DNA of 63,736 bases, the filler included, from an uncultured Methanosarcinales archaeon (GTDB lineage Archaea; Nanobdellota; Nanobdellia; Woesearchaeales; CAZXZL01): assembly GCA_964645415.1 (NCBI GenBank). It is 4 parts of 4 records of this genome, joined end to end, with 100 filler letters (N's around TTAATTAATTAA, not from the genome) between each part and the next. Parts side by side here need not be neighbours in the genome. Positions count along the whole stretch, not along the records: positions 54,726 to 63,736 come from CAZXZL010000037.1; 3 more parts are not named here. One strand, 5' to 3'. Position 1 is the first letter of the stretch. The number at the start of each line of letters is the position of its first letter. The notes beneath the pieces were generated by a model. The model ran no database searches. It saw nothing but the letters and a program-made list of their open reading frames with translations, and was not told where the DNA came from. Shown one piece after another: positions 61,809 through 63,736 of this stretch. The translations under genes and the position numbers were made by a program.

Positions 61809-62507
61809 TTAATAATTAATCTCATATTCTTTTACTTCTTTTTCTCCATCTATTTCAAATTTTCTAATTATTTTTCCAACTCTTTTTGCTTCAATTCTTG
61901 CTTTAGCAAAATCTTCTACGTTATCTGGGATAATAATATCTTCAATTTGATATAGTTCTCTAACTTTAATTTCCTTTTTTATCTCTTTGTCAATATCAAA
62001 AAAGAATTCATCCATGACTTTATCAAAAGCTTTTTTTGGTAATTTTGATTTTACAAATTTCTCTTTAATTTTAGATATTTTTGGTGGTTTTTTATTGGAT
62101 GTTTTAATATAAAATCCGTCTTCATCTTTTAATTGTAGAAGTAAAAATGCATCTTCAAATTCATCTACTAAGTCTTCGAGTTCTTTTTTAGATAATTCTC
62201 CTTCAATATTTTTTCTTGGAACCTTTCCTCTAGCTTTTTTTACTTCAAGTGGATAATTGTTTAATTGTTCAAGATCTAAGTTTTTTGATACAACAGAACC
62301 ACCAACACTAATTTTTCCTTTTGAAAATTCAGTAAAAATTTTAATAGCATCATTAAGAAATAAAAAACCAGCATATAATTTAAGACCTGTTGACATAATT
62401 CTTAATTTGGTTTCAGCTTTTTCAAAACTTCCTTTTCCAAATCTTGCAAACCTAAGTTTTGTGACATCATCTTGTTTTCCTTTACAAATATTTTTAATGA
62501 ATCCCAT
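61809..62507 (-). CDS. Conserved hypothetical protein (DPANN-type)
   Basis: 232 aa; FARFGKGSF and ARIEAKRVGKIIR blocks; SD-like GGGTG upstream. Confidence 0.7.
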   Translation of the reverse strand: MGFIKNICKGKQDDVTKLRFARFGKGSFEKAETKLRIMSTGLKLYAGFLFLNDAIKIFTEFSKGKISVGGSVVSKNLDLEQLNNYPLEVKKARGKVPRKNIEGELSKKELEDLVDEFEDAFLLLQLKDEDGFYIKTSNKKPPKISKIKEKFVKSKLPKKAFDKVMDEFFFDIDKEIKKEIKVRELYQIEDIIIPDNVEDFAKARIEAKRVGKIIRKFEIDGEKEVKEYEINY

Positions 62508-62573
62508 AATAAAACACCCTTCAATTGAAATTTAATTACTAGTAATATAATAATGTTATTATTTTAAGTTATT

Positions 62574-63128
62574 TTAGAAACCAATACCTCTTACTGGAAC
62601 CATAGGTGGTGGAGATCCTATTCCAAAAAAGCCTTTAACCATACTTTTAACTTTTGCCATGTCCTCTTCAAAGTCTCCTGCCATGTTTCCAATTTGTTCC
62701 TTATAATATACTCTTTTCCAAAATCTGTCATAGATAAATTTTGTTAGAAAGTTTTTTTGCCACTGATCTTTAGCATCCATATAAAGTTTTGATTTAAGTT
62801 CAATTTCTATTTCACCAACATCAACATCATATACTTCTCCATCTTTTTCAATTTCTCCTTCTCCTAACTGAACACAATTAAAATTAAGTTCTATTTCATA
62901 TTTAAAGAAGTCATTTATTCCTAAATGTCCATCAAAGCGCCACCAAATTTTAATATCTCTTTTTCCATTTTCACCAACATCCATAAAGTAATATTTTTCA
63001 CCAAAATCTTCATCATCATCAGCATAACCTTTTTGAACAAAATAGTCATGTAATGCAACATAGAGTGATTCAAAAACAAAAGTATCCTTAAATTTTAACT
63101 TAAAACCAAGATCAGTTAACTCTTCCAT
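62574..63128 (-). CDS. Hypothetical protein
   Basis: ORF; likely start MEELT at 63128, since the upstream segment contains a TATA-like element. Confidence 0.65.
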   Translation of the reverse strand: MEELTDLGFKLKFKDTFVFESLYVALHDYFVQKGYADDDEDFGEKYYFMDVGENGKRDIKIWWRFDGHLGINDFFKYEIELNFNCVQLGEGEIEKDGEVYDVDVGEIEIELKSKLYMDAKDQWQKNFLTKFIYDRFWKRVYYKEQIGNMAGDFEEDMAKVKSMVKGFFGIGSPPPMVPVRGIGF

Positions 63129-63259
63129 GTAAAAATATTTCGTAACATAACTATTTAAAGTTTTTCTAAAATAAATCAAATAAAATTCAAATTATAATTA
63201 TCATTGAAAATATTAAAAAAAGAAAAAAAAGACAAATACAACATATAATTAATTTAAGA

Positions 63260-63426
63260 TTTAAGAGGAATTTTATACAAGATTAAAAACTTATAAAAAT
63301 AAAAAATCTGCTGATTTTTTCACATAAGTAAAACCTAATAAAAAAAGAATAAAAAGAGTATAAAATTCCGACAAAACTCCAATAAGATGAAAAGCGAATA
63401 CACATTCTTTAGCTAAACACGAATAC
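63260..63426 (+). repeat. Dispersed intergenic repeat, module B; homologous to 6511..6680
   Basis: GGAATTTTATAC (63267-63278) / GTATAAAATTCC (63358-63369), internal AAAAAATC-TGCT-GATTTTTT, downstream AAGATGAAAAGCGAATA..TTCTTTAGC. Confidence 0.8.
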
Positions 63427-63489
63427 TATTTTTCGTAGAAGAAAAAAATTCTATTTTTCTTTAGGATAAAACGTAGATAAAAATAAAAC

Positions 63490-63736
63490 TTATTTTAACA
63501 AAGTAGAAATAAATAGAAAGTTATGGAAACTAACGTGCCATATGAAACATGGTAACCATCCTAACCAATTCATACGAAAAGCATAGCTTTTCTATACTCA
63601 AAAAAATTTACTTTTTTTTTGGTTTTAAAAGTTACACTTTTAATTATTCTAAAAACCTTGTTTTTAGTAATTGATAAAAATTGTGCTAAAGAGAAAATCT
63701 ACGTTTAATCTTCTTCGAAATTAGTCCATCAAAATC
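63490..63736 (+). repeat. Dispersed repeat module A plus hairpin tail, running off the window end
   Basis: AAATAAATAGAAAGTTATGGAAACTAAC-GTGCCAT-ATGAAAC-ATGGTAAC-CATCCT; CTAAAAAC-CTT-GTTTTTAG-TAATTGATAAAAATTGTG (as at 37542-37578); CTAAAGAGAAAATCTA (as at 37261). Confidence 0.8.

Overview
Very AT-rich archaeal sequence. The gene content (rps19e, rpl39e, rpl31e, rpl37ae, rpoP, pcc1, prefoldin beta, gatD/gatE, Hef, Elp3, RIO1, Dph6, Trm5, archaeal TrpRS) and style point to a DPANN archaeon, most plausibly Woesearchaeota-like (taxonomy is inference). The window is a scaffold with three artificial N-linkers containing TTAATTAATTAA (18918-19017, 36998-37097, 54626-54725) and one 100-N gap (32362-32461), so adjacency across these points is unreliable. 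It holds about 55 CDS, mostly housekeeping, including two absent from the ORF track (a partial radical SAM gene at 1-944 and rpoP at 28295-28432), plus seven intron-less tRNAs. No CRISPR array, transposase, integrase or reverse transcriptase was seen. Most notable observations: (1) a dispersed, modular family of intergenic palindromic repeats, with strings of short hairpins, a covarying core stem and a separate conserved 12-bp inverted-repeat module; copies sit at the contig breaks and are oriented with the strand compositional bias. (2) A secreted protein with an apparently intact lytic transglycosylase domain coupled to a pilin-like gene, in a lineage not known to make peptidoglycan. (3) A Trm5 tRNA methyltransferase with a ~255-aa xylose-isomerase/AP-endonuclease-like TIM barrel inserted in its catalytic domain. 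(4) Ribosomal protein eL31 with a ~200-aa repetitive, largely Lys/Ser-rich tail. (5) A Lon-like membrane protease-HerA-Ogg operon. All calls come from motif recognition by eye; no database searches were run.
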